DNA of 64,000 nucleotides, taken from positions 768,001-832,000 of the forward strand of contig CAVZDU010000001.1 in the NCBI GenBank assembly GCA_963774265.1. Reading direction: 5' to 3'. The stretch is from an uncultured Chloroflexia bacterium. GTDB taxonomy: Bacteria > Chloroflexota > Anaerolineae > CG2-30-64-16. Under the pieces are notes generated by a model. The model saw only the letters and a list, made by a program, of their open reading frames with translations, made no database searches and was not told where the DNA came from. Below, in pieces: positions 42,283-52,136 of this stretch. Position 1 is the first letter of the stretch. Each line of letters starts with the position of its first letter. The position numbers and the translations under genes were made by a program.

Positions 42283-43140
42283 ATGAATAGCAGAAAAGAA
42301 GAGAAGACCGAAATGCAAACCGATATACTTCTAAAGCGAACGATTCAAGATGGAATGACCCGCGCCCAGGCGGAACGGACGGATCAATACACCCTCTGGC
42401 AGATCCTCGGCATTTGGGCGATCGTAGCCGTGCCGATGGCGCTGCTGGCCTGGGTGGTCGCTCCCGCCCTCATCCCCTACAGCCCGTTGCCGCCCGGCAT
42501 CACCTACTGGCTGTTGATCATCGCCGGCATGGCATGGCAGTTTGTCGTATCCCTGGTGATCGTGTACCGCGAGCTCGGCACGCTGCGTTGGAGCGCCATC
42601 CGCCAGCGTACCTGGCTGCAAACCCCGCGCGATCCAGGGACAGACCAGCCAAATCGAAAGCTGTACTGGTGGGTGCTGCCTGCCTTGCTCTACAACGGCT
42701 TGATGGGTTGGGTGCTTGGCCGGTATCTGGATGCGCCCATGGGCTGGCTCTTTCCCGGTCTGCAGCAACCCCAGTTCACGGATGTGAATCAGCTGGCTGG
42801 CCCCGCGTTCCAAGGCGCATGGTGGCTTCTGGGAATTGTCCTGGTCAGTCAAATCTTCAACTATTTCCTGGGCGAGGAATTTCTCTTCCACGGCGTCCTC
42901 TTGCCCAAGATGCATGGAGTTTTCGGCAAGTACGATTGGGTCGCAAATGCCGTTCTCTTCGGTTTTTATCACGTGCACAAGCCTTGGGCGCTCCCCAGCG
43001 TCATCGCAACCAACCTGGCGTACGGTTGGCCGGCCAGGCGTTTTCGCAGCAACTGGATGGCGATCATCGTGCACAGTGTGGAAGGGCTCCCGGTTCTGGT
43101 GATGGGCCTGGCTGTCATCCTGGGGTTGGGGATCGGATAG
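42283..43140 (+). CDS. CPBP (Abi/CAAX) intramembrane metalloprotease
   Basis: GEEFLFHG, LFGFYH, IIVH; multiple TMs. Confidence 0.88.
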   Translation: MNSRKEEKTEMQTDILLKRTIQDGMTRAQAERTDQYTLWQILGIWAIVAVPMALLAWVVAPALIPYSPLPPGITYWLLIIAGMAWQFVVSLVIVYRELGTLRWSAIRQRTWLQTPRDPGTDQPNRKLYWWVLPALLYNGLMGWVLGRYLDAPMGWLFPGLQQPQFTDVNQLAGPAFQGAWWLLGIVLVSQIFNYFLGEEFLFHGVLLPKMHGVFGKYDWVANAVLFGFYHVHKPWALPSVIATNLAYGWPARRFRSNWMAIIVHSVEGLPVLVMGLAVILGLGIG

Positions 43141-43142
43141 AA

Positions 43143-43856
43143 ATGAATACGTTCATACTCGTGCATGGGGCCTGGCATGGGGCATGGTGCTGGTACAAGA
43201 TCGTGCCCCTCTTGGAAAGGGCGGGGCACCGGGCAATTGCGGTTGACCTGCCAGGCCTGGGACAAGACCGAACGCCCTTGCGTGATGTCTCGCTGCAAAG
43301 CTTCGTCGATCGCGTTTGCAGCACCATCGACCGGCACACCGGGCGGGTAATTCTTGTTGGGCACAGTCGAGGCGGGATTGTCATTTCGCAGACTGCGGAG
43401 CAGCGGCCGGCGAGAGTTCGGACCCTGGTCTACCTCGCCGCGTTCCTGCTGCCTGGCGGCCAAGCTCTGCTCCCCATGGCCATGAACGACACTCGGTCGC
43501 TCCTGCTCCGGAATCTGGTCGTCAACGAAGACCAGGGCTACCTGACCGTGAAGCGGGAAGCGTACCGGGAAGCGATGTACGGAGACTGCTCCGACGAAGA
43601 TGTCACGTTGGCTTCCTCACTGCTGACGCCCGAACCCATCGCACCTTGTGCCACGCCTCTGGACTTGAGCGAGCGGAACTTCGGCCGAGTCCCGCGTGTC
43701 TACATCGAAACGCTCTGTGATAACGCATTGACTCTCTCGGCGCAAAGAGGGATGGTCGCCACCTTGCCCTGCGACGAGGTCATCTCGCTGAACACGAGTC
43801 ACTCGCCCTTCTTCTCCGCGCCGCAAGAACTCGCGTACCACCTCGCTTCGCTCTAG
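43143..43856 (+). CDS. Alpha/beta hydrolase (SABP2/methylesterase-like)
   Basis: FILVHGAWHGAWCW, GHSRGG, SHSPFFS. Confidence 0.9.
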   Translation: MNTFILVHGAWHGAWCWYKIVPLLERAGHRAIAVDLPGLGQDRTPLRDVSLQSFVDRVCSTIDRHTGRVILVGHSRGGIVISQTAEQRPARVRTLVYLAAFLLPGGQALLPMAMNDTRSLLLRNLVVNEDQGYLTVKREAYREAMYGDCSDEDVTLASSLLTPEPIAPCATPLDLSERNFGRVPRVYIETLCDNALTLSAQRGMVATLPCDEVISLNTSHSPFFSAPQELAYHLASL

Positions 43857-43902
43857 CTTGAGGGAGCAAGCCGCGCTGACAACCGGCAAACAGGTGCGCG
43901 GC

Positions 43903-46900
43903 TCATGATGTGACAATCGAGCCGGCCAGAAGTTTTTGCACGATTCCGGCCAGCGGCTCAGAGCAGGTGCAGAGCTCAATGTCCTGTATTTGTTCAGGCG
44001 TGAGTTGCGCCTCCAGCTCCGCACGAAGCTGTTCCGCGAGGTCTCTCGCGGCGACAGAGCTGAGAGGATGGTGCAGGATGAAAGTGACCGGCTCCAGCGC
44101 GTACTCCGCAGCCCCTTTCCGAGCGAGCACACTCGCCCACCCGGCCAATGCGTTGATGGCCGGCACGTCAAGCTGGTACTCGGTTGCGATGCTCGCCGCG
44201 GTGCGAAAATGACTCTCCGCCTCACGCGTATCGTCTATCGCCAGGGCGAGATGTCCCAGTCTGCAATATGCGCTTATCAAACCAATAGTATCGCCCGTTT
44301 CCTTCAGGAGCTCGATGCTTTTCGCGAGCAGCCCACGCGCCTTGGCCGGCTCGCCCAGGCGGCTGGCCACCTGGCCCAACAGAGCCCAGCTGTTTGCAAG
44401 ATCATAGCGATCGCCTGTTTCCTGGGCGAGGGATAGGGCTTGTTCCGCGAGCTCTCGCGCCGGGATGGGCTGGCCCAGCGCAATAAGCGCGAAGCCCAGG
44501 CCGTTGCAGCTGAACGCGAACAGACGTGGATCGCCCAACTTGCGACTGATCTCCAAGGCCTGAGAGTAATAGTCTTGCGCTTGTTCGAGCGCACCTCGCT
44601 CGCGCGCCAGGCCGCCGAGATAAGCATTGTCTATCCCGATGTCCCACGGGCGCTCCGCCGCCCGGCTCAGTTCATGGCTCTCATTCAAGTAGGATTCCGC
44701 TTCGTCAAAGCGCCCCAGTGTCATGGCCGCGATTCCACAGTAGCGGAGCGAATAGCGGAGCACCATCTCGTCGCCAAGCGAGCGCAGCCGTTCGGAACAC
44801 CGGCGGTGCAGCGCGTATGCTTCAGCGGGCCTGCCCAGGCGGTGGCCAAAATAGGCCTGATTCGTCTCCATGTCGAGCAGGGAGATTTGCCGGCTTCTTT
44901 CCCTCTCAGGATCAGTCTCTGCAAGCTTCTGCAATTTGGCAGCTGCATCACGAAATATCGACTCGCCTTCGCGATACCAGCCGCGAATCTCGTAGAAGTA
45001 TAGGAGTGGAAAAGAGACTTGGCGAAGCTGCTCTATCTTATGCCTGTCGATGGCCCACGCGAGGGCAAGACGAATGTTGGAGACTTCGCTTGCCATTTCC
45101 ACCAGCGCCTGTTTCTGGTGGTGACTGCACAGCCGGCTCTCCAGCTCTCTGACCAGGGTGAGATAGTAATCGCTGTGCCGGTCGCGCAGGGTCTCCGCTT
45201 CGCCGGCGTCGACCAGTCGCTCCAGGGCATACTCGCGGATCGTCTCCAGCAGTCGATAGCGTCCCCCTTCTGGGATAACCAGCGAGCGGTCCACCAGCCG
45301 GCCGAGCAGGTCGACCACCTCATCCTCGGCCAGCTCCCCGACGGCGCAAATTCTTTCCGCCGTCGCCAACGTACAGCCGCCGACAAAGACGGCCAGCCGC
45401 TGCAGCAACAGACGCTCCGCCTCCGTGAGCTGGTTATAGCTCCAATCGATTGACGCCCGCAAGGTCTGGTGGCGGGGCGGCGCCAATGTGCTGCCCGACA
45501 CCAGCAGACGCAGCCGGTTCTGCAGTCGAGTCAGGATGTCGTCCAGGCTTATCGCCCGCACCCGGGCTGCGGCCAGCTCGATCGCCAGGGGGATGCCTTC
45601 AAGCTGGCGGCAGATCTCAGCCACCTGGGCTGCGTTGTCACTCGTCAGCTCGAATGTGGGCTGGTGCATCCTGGCCCGCTCCACGAACAGCCGGACCGCA
45701 TCGTAACTCAGCAGGCACTCCGGGTCCAGGTTTTTCTCCGCAGTCGGGACGGAGAAGGTCGGCACCGGCCAGAGCTGCTCGCCGGGCACACCCAGCGGCT
45801 CACGGCTGGTGGCCAGCATTTGGACGCCCGGGCAGGATTGCAGGATCGATGTCGCCAAGTGAGCGCAGGCCTCAGCCAGGTGCTCGCAATTGTCGAGCAC
45901 AAGGAGCAGGCTGCGCTGGCGCAGAAAGATGATGAGCGTCTGCACGGGCGGCTGGCCCGGGGCCGCCGCCACACCCAACTGTGCCAGCACCGTGTCGGGC
46001 AGGAGGGCTGGGTCTTGTAGCGAGCTGAGGTCGACCCACCACACCCCGTGGCGGCGCTGCGGGATGATTCGCCTGGCCGCCTCAATCGCCAGGCGCGTTT
46101 TGCCGCTGCCCCCCGCGCCGGTCAGGGTCACCAGGCGGCGCCCGCCGGTGGGCGAGCCGCCGTCTTGCAGGAGCCCGCCGACCTCGCCCAGCTCCCGCTC
46201 TCGGCCGACGAAGCTGGTCAGGGGCATGGGTAAGTTCGTGAGCTGAGCGTCCGCCCCTCCGGCTGTGGCTGCCATTGTCTCGGCCGCGGCAGCCCCGACC
46301 GTTGCCGCCGCAGTCGTCGCGACTTCCCCGTAGGCGCGGGTGATCGACTCGACAAGCGCCAGAGTTTCGGCCGATGGCTCCACGTCGAGTTCTTCTTTCA
46401 GGCTGCGGCGGCAGTTCTCGAACTGGCGCAGCGCGGCGGACCGGTTGCCGGTGATGTCGTAGAGGAAAATGAGGTGCCGATGCGCGCGCTCCTCGGCTGG
46501 ATCTACCGTCAAAACCTGGCGTGCGGAAGCGATGGCCTCACCATAACGCGCCAGGCCGCGCAGGCGCCCGACCTGGTGCAGCAGGGCGTCCAGGTACAGC
46601 TGCTGCAGGCGCTCGCGCTCGATCAGCACCCAGTCGTCGTAATGTCCGGTCAGTAACTCGCCGCTGTAGAGGCCGGGGTCGAAGGTAGCAGGATTGGCCG
46701 ACGCGTCGCTGAGAAAGCGCGTCGCCTGGGCTCGGAACTCAAGCACATCCACCTGGACGGTTGCGGCTGGGCTGAATTGAACGACCACGCGGTCGCTGAG
46801 CAGTGCGTCGGGTCCCAGGGCGGCCCGCAGGTCGGCCAGCGCGGCGCGCAGCGACGCCCTGGCCTGCCGTTCCGGCGTATCGCCCCAGCAGAGCTCCGCC

Positions 46901-47079
46901 AGGACCTCGCGCGAGTGGCTGTCGGGATAGAGAACCAGGTAGGCGAGCAGGGCTTGTTCTTTGCGCGTTCGCAGCCGGACTGCCCTGCCGTCCTGCTCCA
47001 GGTTGAACGGGCCAAGGAGTGAAAGCCTGGAACCCGCCGCACGCACGCCTGAAACGGTCCCTGCCAAAGAGGTAGACAT
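43903..47079 (-). CDS. SARP/BTAD - NB-ARC (STAND) - TPR transcriptional regulator
   Basis: LLGPF..LLAYL, BTAD, LTGAGGSGKTRLA, LVLDNCEH, ATSRE, GIPLAIELAAAR, TPRs. Confidence 0.9.
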   Translation of the reverse strand: MSTSLAGTVSGVRAAGSRLSLLGPFNLEQDGRAVRLRTRKEQALLAYLVLYPDSHSREVLAELCWGDTPERQARASLRAALADLRAALGPDALLSDRVVVQFSPAATVQVDVLEFRAQATRFLSDASANPATFDPGLYSGELLTGHYDDWVLIERERLQQLYLDALLHQVGRLRGLARYGEAIASARQVLTVDPAEERAHRHLIFLYDITGNRSAALRQFENCRRSLKEELDVEPSAETLALVESITRAYGEVATTAAATVGAAAAETMAATAGGADAQLTNLPMPLTSFVGRERELGEVGGLLQDGGSPTGGRRLVTLTGAGGSGKTRLAIEAARRIIPQRRHGVWWVDLSSLQDPALLPDTVLAQLGVAAAPGQPPVQTLIIFLRQRSLLLVLDNCEHLAEACAHLATSILQSCPGVQMLATSREPLGVPGEQLWPVPTFSVPTAEKNLDPECLLSYDAVRLFVERARMHQPTFELTSDNAAQVAEICRQLEGIPLAIELAAARVRAISLDDILTRLQNRLRLLVSGSTLAPPRHQTLRASIDWSYNQLTEAERLLLQRLAVFVGGCTLATAERICAVGELAEDEVVDLLGRLVDRSLVIPEGGRYRLLETIREYALERLVDAGEAETLRDRHSDYYLTLVRELESRLCSHHQKQALVEMASEVSNIRLALAWAIDRHKIEQLRQVSFPLLYFYEIRGWYREGESIFRDAAAKLQKLAETDPERERSRQISLLDMETNQAYFGHRLGRPAEAYALHRRCSERLRSLGDEMVLRYSLRYCGIAAMTLGRFDEAESYLNESHELSRAAERPWDIGIDNAYLGGLARERGALEQAQDYYSQALEISRKLGDPRLFAFSCNGLGFALIALGQPIPARELAEQALSLAQETGDRYDLANSWALLGQVASRLGEPAKARGLLAKSIELLKETGDTIGLISAYCRLGHLALAIDDTREAESHFRTAASIATEYQLDVPAINALAGWASVLARKGAAEYALEPVTFILHHPLSSVAARDLAEQLRAELEAQLTPEQIQDIELCTCSEPLAGIVQKLLAGSIVTS

Positions 47080-47202
47080 TCGTAGCCGCGCCTATCAGGT
47101 AGATTTCAATGTCAGAACAACTGATAACCGATGCTAGCACGAATGCAGAACAATGTCCAACCCGGTCCGGAGTGCATAACAGGCTCCAGGAATCCCGGAG
47201 GT

Positions 47203-47382
47203 TCATGCCTGGTTATCGCGCGAGTCGTCCGGAGTTGGTTTGCGCTTGCGGGGCCGGCGCGCGGATTGGGTGTCTTTGATGACGCGGTCGACCACGTTGG
47301 GATGTTCTTTCTTGATGCGGAGGGTTTCGAGGAAGAGGGCGTCAAGTTCTTCTTCGAACGTTTGCCGTTTTTTCCTGGTCAC
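47203..47382 (-). CDS. 59-aa hypothetical protein
   Basis: GTG start with AGGGGA RBS; MTRKKRQTFEEELDALFLETLRIKKEHPNVVDRVIKDTQSARRPRKRKPTPDDSRDNQA. Confidence 0.5.
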   Translation of the reverse strand: MTRKKRQTFEEELDALFLETLRIKKEHPNVVDRVIKDTQSARRPRKRKPTPDDSRDNQA

Positions 47383-47548
47383 GGGCTTCCCCTGAGATGT
47401 GATTGTACCTCAGGATAGCACAACTTCCCGAAGAATGCAAACAAAGGTTCGGAGCGAGCATGGCTTAGTAGCCCACCCGTGCGCCCTTTGGGCGTAAGGG
47501 TGGGCGGTCACTGATGCGGGCTGGACGATGGCCGGGCGGCCAGGGCGT

Positions 47549-47923
47549 CTAGCGTCTGGACGGTGGCTCGGCGGTGACGGCGTCGAGGGTGGCGCGCCAG
47601 GCAGCCAGGACCAGTTTGCGCCGCTCGACCGGCAACTCCTGGATTTCAGCCACCAGGTCTCGCAGCTCGGGGGGGACCACGGGCGCGTCGTTTTCAATGG
47701 ACATGAGGCCGGCCTGGCGCAGGACGTATTCCGGGGGCAGGTTGAGCGCACCGGCGAGCGCCAGACAGGTGGTGATGCGCGGGCGCTGGTAGCCGCGCGC
47801 GACGAGCGATACAGTGCTGCGATTCAACCCGGCCATGAGCGAGAGATTGGTCTGGGTGATGTCGCGCGATTTGCACTCCTCAAGCAGCCACTGGCCAAAG
47901 GGGGTTAGTTCACGCCTGGTCAC
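47549..47923 (-). CDS. XRE-family HTH regulator (phage-repressor-like)
   Basis: FGQWL...ITQTNLSLMAGLNRSTVSLVARG..P....LALAGAL; GGAGG RBS. Confidence 0.85.
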   Translation of the reverse strand: MTRRELTPFGQWLLEECKSRDITQTNLSLMAGLNRSTVSLVARGYQRPRITTCLALAGALNLPPEYVLRQAGLMSIENDAPVVPPELRDLVAEIQELPVERRKLVLAAWRATLDAVTAEPPSRR

Positions 47924-48007
47924 GCTTCCTCCAAGGGATTTTGGTCGAACTCATTGTAGCACATAACCCAAACATTTCCCAAATGCGGCGGATATCCCAA
48001 AATTCGC

Positions 48008-48048
48008 TTGACACAGTTGTGATTGAGAGTATAATAGAACACGAGTTC
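48008..48048 (+). promoter_or_regulatory. Consensus sigma70 promoter with LexA box over the start site
   Basis: TTGACA (48008)-N16-TATAAT (48030); GAAC-acga-GTTC 48037-48048. Confidence 0.8.
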
Positions 48049-48185
48049 ATGTTTACCTTCAGGGTGATCTGCATCAATTCGGAAGGGGGAGGATAGGATG
48101 CGGGTGTTTCACCTGACGCGACTGGTGTTGGCCGATGCCGGAGAGGAAGCTTCTGCCGGCGTCGGCGCGGCGCGGCATGAGGTGG

Positions 48186-48285
48186 CACCGCGTCACCGCG
48201 TCACCGCTACGAGTTGGGTGTTTTTCAAAGATCAACGCGCTTTCGAAAAATGGGGGAGGTTAAGCGGTGACGCGGTGACGCGGTG
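48186..48285. repeat. 23-bp perfect inverted repeat built from 8-mer tandem units
   Basis: caccgcgtcaccgcgtcaccgct ... 54 bp ... agcggtgacgcggtgacgcggtg. Confidence 0.9.
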
Positions 48286-48297
48286 ACAAGCGGGGGG

Positions 48298-48507
48298 ATG
48301 AGCGAAGTGGAAGAGTTAACGCCGGAGCCGATTACGCTGACGGTGCTGCGGTGCGGACTGCGAGAAACGCTGGATCGGGTGGTGTATTTCGATGAGCGGT
48401 TTGTGGTGACGCGGAACGGGGATCCGGTGGCGGTGATCGTGGGGGTGGAGGCGTACCGGAGGTTGGTGGGGATGGGGAAGGAGGAGGATCGGCAATCCCA
48501 GAGGTGA
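48298..48507 (+). CDS. Phd/YefM antitoxin-like small protein without toxin
   Basis: LRETLDRV...FVVTRNGDPVAVIVGVEAYRRL. Confidence 0.75.
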   Translation: MSEVEELTPEPITLTVLRCGLRETLDRVVYFDERFVVTRNGDPVAVIVGVEAYRRLVGMGKEEDRQSQR

Positions 48508-48604
48508 CCCGCGGCGATCAACCGCGAAGAGCGCAAAGATCACAAGGAAAGCCAAAGTATGCGTTTTTTGCGGCAGCCTGGCTGTTCCAACATGCTGCAT
48601 GGGA

Positions 48605-48660
48605 AGGCGCCCGGCACTTCGCAAGTCCCCTGCGGGGACGGTTCCCAGTGCCGGGCGCCT
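48605..48660. repeat. REP-like palindrome with nested second palindrome
   Basis: aggcgcccggcact / agtgccgggcgcct enclosing gtcccc-tgc-ggggac. Confidence 0.85.
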
Positions 48661-48677
48661 GGATTACTGAGAGTCCG

Positions 48678-50241
48678 TTACGGCATCTTCAACCCGCGCT
48701 CGGGGCGGGTGAAGGTGTGGCAGGTGGAGCAGTCGTACTGCTTGTCTGTCACGTGCTTGTTGTGCAGGTCGTAGAAAGGCTTGCTTTCCTTTACCCCATG
48801 GCACTGGGTGCAGACGGCGGACTCCGGGCCCTTCAAGCCGTAGCCGAGCGCGGCGAAGTCCATCTGATCACCCCCCTCGTGGCAGTTCTCGCATCGGAGC
48901 GCGCTGTCCTTCGGCGCGACGCCGTGTGTGACCAGTTGCTCCGCGGTTGTGCGCACCCACGTGTAGGAGCCGCCAAGCCCCATATAGGCCACGCCACGTG
49001 CGGCAGCTTCCTCATACTTCCCAGTCATGAAGTTCCACAGGACGTCGTACTGCACCATCCGACTGCTGGCATCGTGGCGAGGTTGCACAGCCTGGTGTAG
49101 TTTGATGGGGTAGAGCTTCGCATCCTGGATGTCGCCAAGCGCCTGAGCCATCGCGTAAGAGCCATCGGGCTGGGGCTGGATGGGATCGGCGAGACTGTAG
49201 ACGTAGCTGTCGCCGTTCCACCAGGTGTAGTTGGGCTTCACGTTGGAGGCCTTGACCTCCTCGCCGACCCAGCCGCCCTGCCCGCTGCAGCTCGCCGGGT
49301 TGAACACGGGATGGGTCCAATCGCGCGACATCTCGGTCGGCATGTCGCGGGCGAAAGCGGGGATATGGCAGGCCTGGCAGGCCACGCGATCGGTGTGATT
49401 GTCCAGCTTGCTTGTCTCGTGCGGCTTGGTGCTGTGGCAATCGGCGCAGAGCTTGGTGCCGGGGCCCTCAGAGATGCGGAGATCGATGCCCTTACCGGAG
49501 ATCTTGTGGTCCTCGGTCACGTGGCAAGTCTGGCAGGTGAAGTTGCCGCCGTCCGGAGACATGTGTACATCAGAGGTGAGCGGCGGGTTGATATTGACGC
49601 TGCTCATGTCGCCGCGCTTGACGCCATCGCCCCCGCCTGCGGATGCGTGACAGCGCAGACATGTGGCGGCGGGTGGGCAGGTGGACATTCTGTGCAAGGC
49701 TGACCATGGTGGTGCCCGGGGGCATCAGGTCGAAGCGCGGCTGCATCGTGTAGTTGCCCTCGGCATTCTTGCTGGGCGTGTTGTAGGTTTTCGAATTCCC
49801 CTGCCAGTCCACGACGGTGACGGGAATGTCGAGTGGCTGCAACGAGCGCTTGTACGTGTCGTTGTGGCACACCAGGCAGTCGACGTCGTTCGCGGTCTGG
49901 TTTGTGACCTTGCCGGTGGAGGCGTGGCACGACAGGCAGGCGTAGTCAGCGGGAGCCGGAGATGTGCAGTAAGTGTTAACCTGCTGCCACTTGCCCTCCC
50001 ACTGCATGTGCTCGCTGTGCAAGGCATCCTGGGCTTGTGTTGCATGACATTGCACGCAGGTCTCGGGCCCGTTGTACTCGGTGATAGTCGAATGAGGGTT
50101 GCCGGAAGACGGCGGCGGGGTCGCTGGCGTCGCGGTGGGCGTTGGTTTGGGCTTTGCGCGTGAATCGGCCAGGACGGGTTGCACCAGCAGCAGCGCTGCC
50201 AGAAGCGACACCGCGACTCTGACTAAGGATCGCAAATGCAT
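48678..50241 (-). CDS. Secreted multiheme cytochrome c (10 CxxCH; octaheme tetrathionate-reductase-like core), one frameshift near 49670
   Basis: Signal peptide; CVQCH, CLSCH, CLVCH, CLRCH, CQTCH, CADCH, CQACH, CENCH, CTQCH, CSTCH; GGGDGVKRGD, DVHM. Confidence 0.85.
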
Positions 50242-50502
50242 GTGGTCCTCCTCGGATGGTGGAGATGCACGGTCGGGTCGAGGGCACAGGGACACCCCAT
50301 ATTAAGTGCATCTTCAAAGCACATTATACACGGGATTGCAATATGCGCAAAGTTACAATTGGCATGCAGGCTGTAATCGAGGTGTGGAGTTCGTGGGGGG
50401 GGAAAGTTGACTTTGGGGTGTCTCTGGAGCAGAATCGCGCTGCACGGCCACGACGGCCACTTCCCGAAACCAAACACACCTTCACCCCAAAGAGAGGTCA
50501 TC

Positions 50503-51675
50503 ATGAATCGATCCGCCCTGATAACGCCGGAAATGCAAAATGAACTGATCGAGTTTGCTCAGAGCCTGGTCAGAATAAAAAGCTTGTCTGGGCAGGAGAG
50601 AGAGATCATTCAGTTCATTGAGCAGAAGATGAAGGCTCTTGGATATGATGAAGTCAGCATCGATGCGATGGGCAATGTCGTTGGAAGGATCGGAAATGGT
50701 GACAAATCTATTCTGTTCGACTCTCACGTTGATACGGTTGAGGTCACTGATGAAGAGAGGTGGGATGTTCCACCATTCAGCGGCAGCATTGTAGATGACC
50801 GCCTGTATGGCCGGGGTTCGGCCGACATGAAGTCGGGCGCCGCAGCGTCGATCTACGCAGGTGCGCTTGCGAAAAAGGCGGGGTTGGATGCGGGCAAGAC
50901 GATTTACGTTTCCTGCACCGTCTTTGAAGAGGATTGCGATGGAGAAAACCTGAAGCACCTGTTTGCGGAACTGAGTCTCAGGCCGAATTACGTGGTCATC
51001 TGCGAGCCATCCGATAACAAGATTGCCCTGGGTCATAAGGGCAAGGTCCAGGCTTCTATCAAAACACGCGGCATTTCGGCTCACGGTTCGGCGCCGGAAA
51101 AAGGGGTCAATGCAATCTATGAGATGGCCGAGATCATCCAACGCGTCGAGAAGAAGAATCTTGAACTCATGAAGCAAGATAGTCCCAGGGGGACCCTGGT
51201 CATGTCACGGATTTCGAGCGTCAGCGCTTCTCTCAATGCCGTGCCATCCGAGTGCGAAGTGTATTTGGATCGAAGAATGGTCCCCGGAGAGACCGAAGAC
51301 GATATCAGGAAAGAAATGGAGCAACTCATCAGGGGCAAGAATGCGACCTGGGAGGTGGGAACACTCCGGCGGAAGAGCTGGACAGGCCTGGACATCAAGT
51401 ATCAGCCGTCCCATGCGGCCTGGAGAATTGACCTGAATCACGAGCTGACCAGGGCGTGCGTCGCAGCCTACCAGGCATATTTCGGCAGCGATCCAGCCGG
51501 ATACGATTTCTGGGACTTCAGCACCAATGCAGTCACGCCTGTCAGTATGGGCATCCCCACAATTGGTTTTGGTCCGGGGGAGAACAAATTGGCTCACATG
51601 GTCAACGAGAACTGCAGGGTGAGTCAAATCATCGATGCGTGCGGTTTCTATATGGGCGTCATCGACCAGATATAG
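50503..51675 (+). CDS. M20 metallohydrolase, YgeY-like
   Basis: DSHVDTV, GRGSADMK, EEDCDG, SAHGSAPE, FSTN, AH. Confidence 0.85.
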   Translation: MNRSALITPEMQNELIEFAQSLVRIKSLSGQEREIIQFIEQKMKALGYDEVSIDAMGNVVGRIGNGDKSILFDSHVDTVEVTDEERWDVPPFSGSIVDDRLYGRGSADMKSGAAASIYAGALAKKAGLDAGKTIYVSCTVFEEDCDGENLKHLFAELSLRPNYVVICEPSDNKIALGHKGKVQASIKTRGISAHGSAPEKGVNAIYEMAEIIQRVEKKNLELMKQDSPRGTLVMSRISSVSASLNAVPSECEVYLDRRMVPGETEDDIRKEMEQLIRGKNATWEVGTLRRKSWTGLDIKYQPSHAAWRIDLNHELTRACVAAYQAYFGSDPAGYDFWDFSTNAVTPVSMGIPTIGFGPGENKLAHMVNENCRVSQIIDACGFYMGVIDQI

Positions 51676-51695
51676 GAGGAAGGGAGCAAGCCGCT

Positions 51696-52136
51696 ATGGA
51701 CCAGAGGCCAGGTGTGGGGGTCGCGGTGATTATCCGGAAGGGCGATGCGGTGCTCTTGATGCTTCGTCAGAACGCACATGGCGCGGGAAGCTGGGCGCCG
51801 CCGGGCGGGCATGTAGAGTTCGGGGAATCGCTGGAGGAATGCGCGATCCGCGAGACGGTGGAGGAGACTAACCTCCATGTTGCGGACGTGCGGTTCAGGG
51901 CGATCACGAACGATGTGTTCGAGGCAGACGGCAAGCACTACATCACGATCTGGATGGAAGCTATGGTCGTGGCGGGCGAGCCGGTGGTGAACGCCGCGGA
52001 GGAGATGTCGGAGTTGGGTTGGTTTGCCTGGGATGCGCTGCCCCAGCCGCTCTTTCTGCCTTTGCAACACCTGTTGGATGGGGTGTGTTATCCGGCGCCA
52101 AACCGTACAGAATTGAAGAGTGTACAGACTTCATAA
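51696..52136 (+). CDS. Nudix hydrolase (NUDT15-like)
   Basis: PGVGV, GGHVEFGESLEECAIRETVEETNL, HYITI, LPQPLF. Confidence 0.9.
   Translation: MDQRPGVGVAVIIRKGDAVLLMLRQNAHGAGSWAPPGGHVEFGESLEECAIRETVEETNLHVADVRFRAITNDVFEADGKHYITIWMEAMVVAGEPVVNAAEEMSELGWFAWDALPQPLFLPLQHLLDGVCYPAPNRTELKSVQTS

Noticed and set aside
48186-48285. CRISPR array
   Set aside because: 8-bp tandem units in inverted orientation with no spacers; no cas genes
48298-48660. Complete type II toxin-antitoxin module
   Set aside because: No toxin ORF follows the Phd-like gene, only repeat elements
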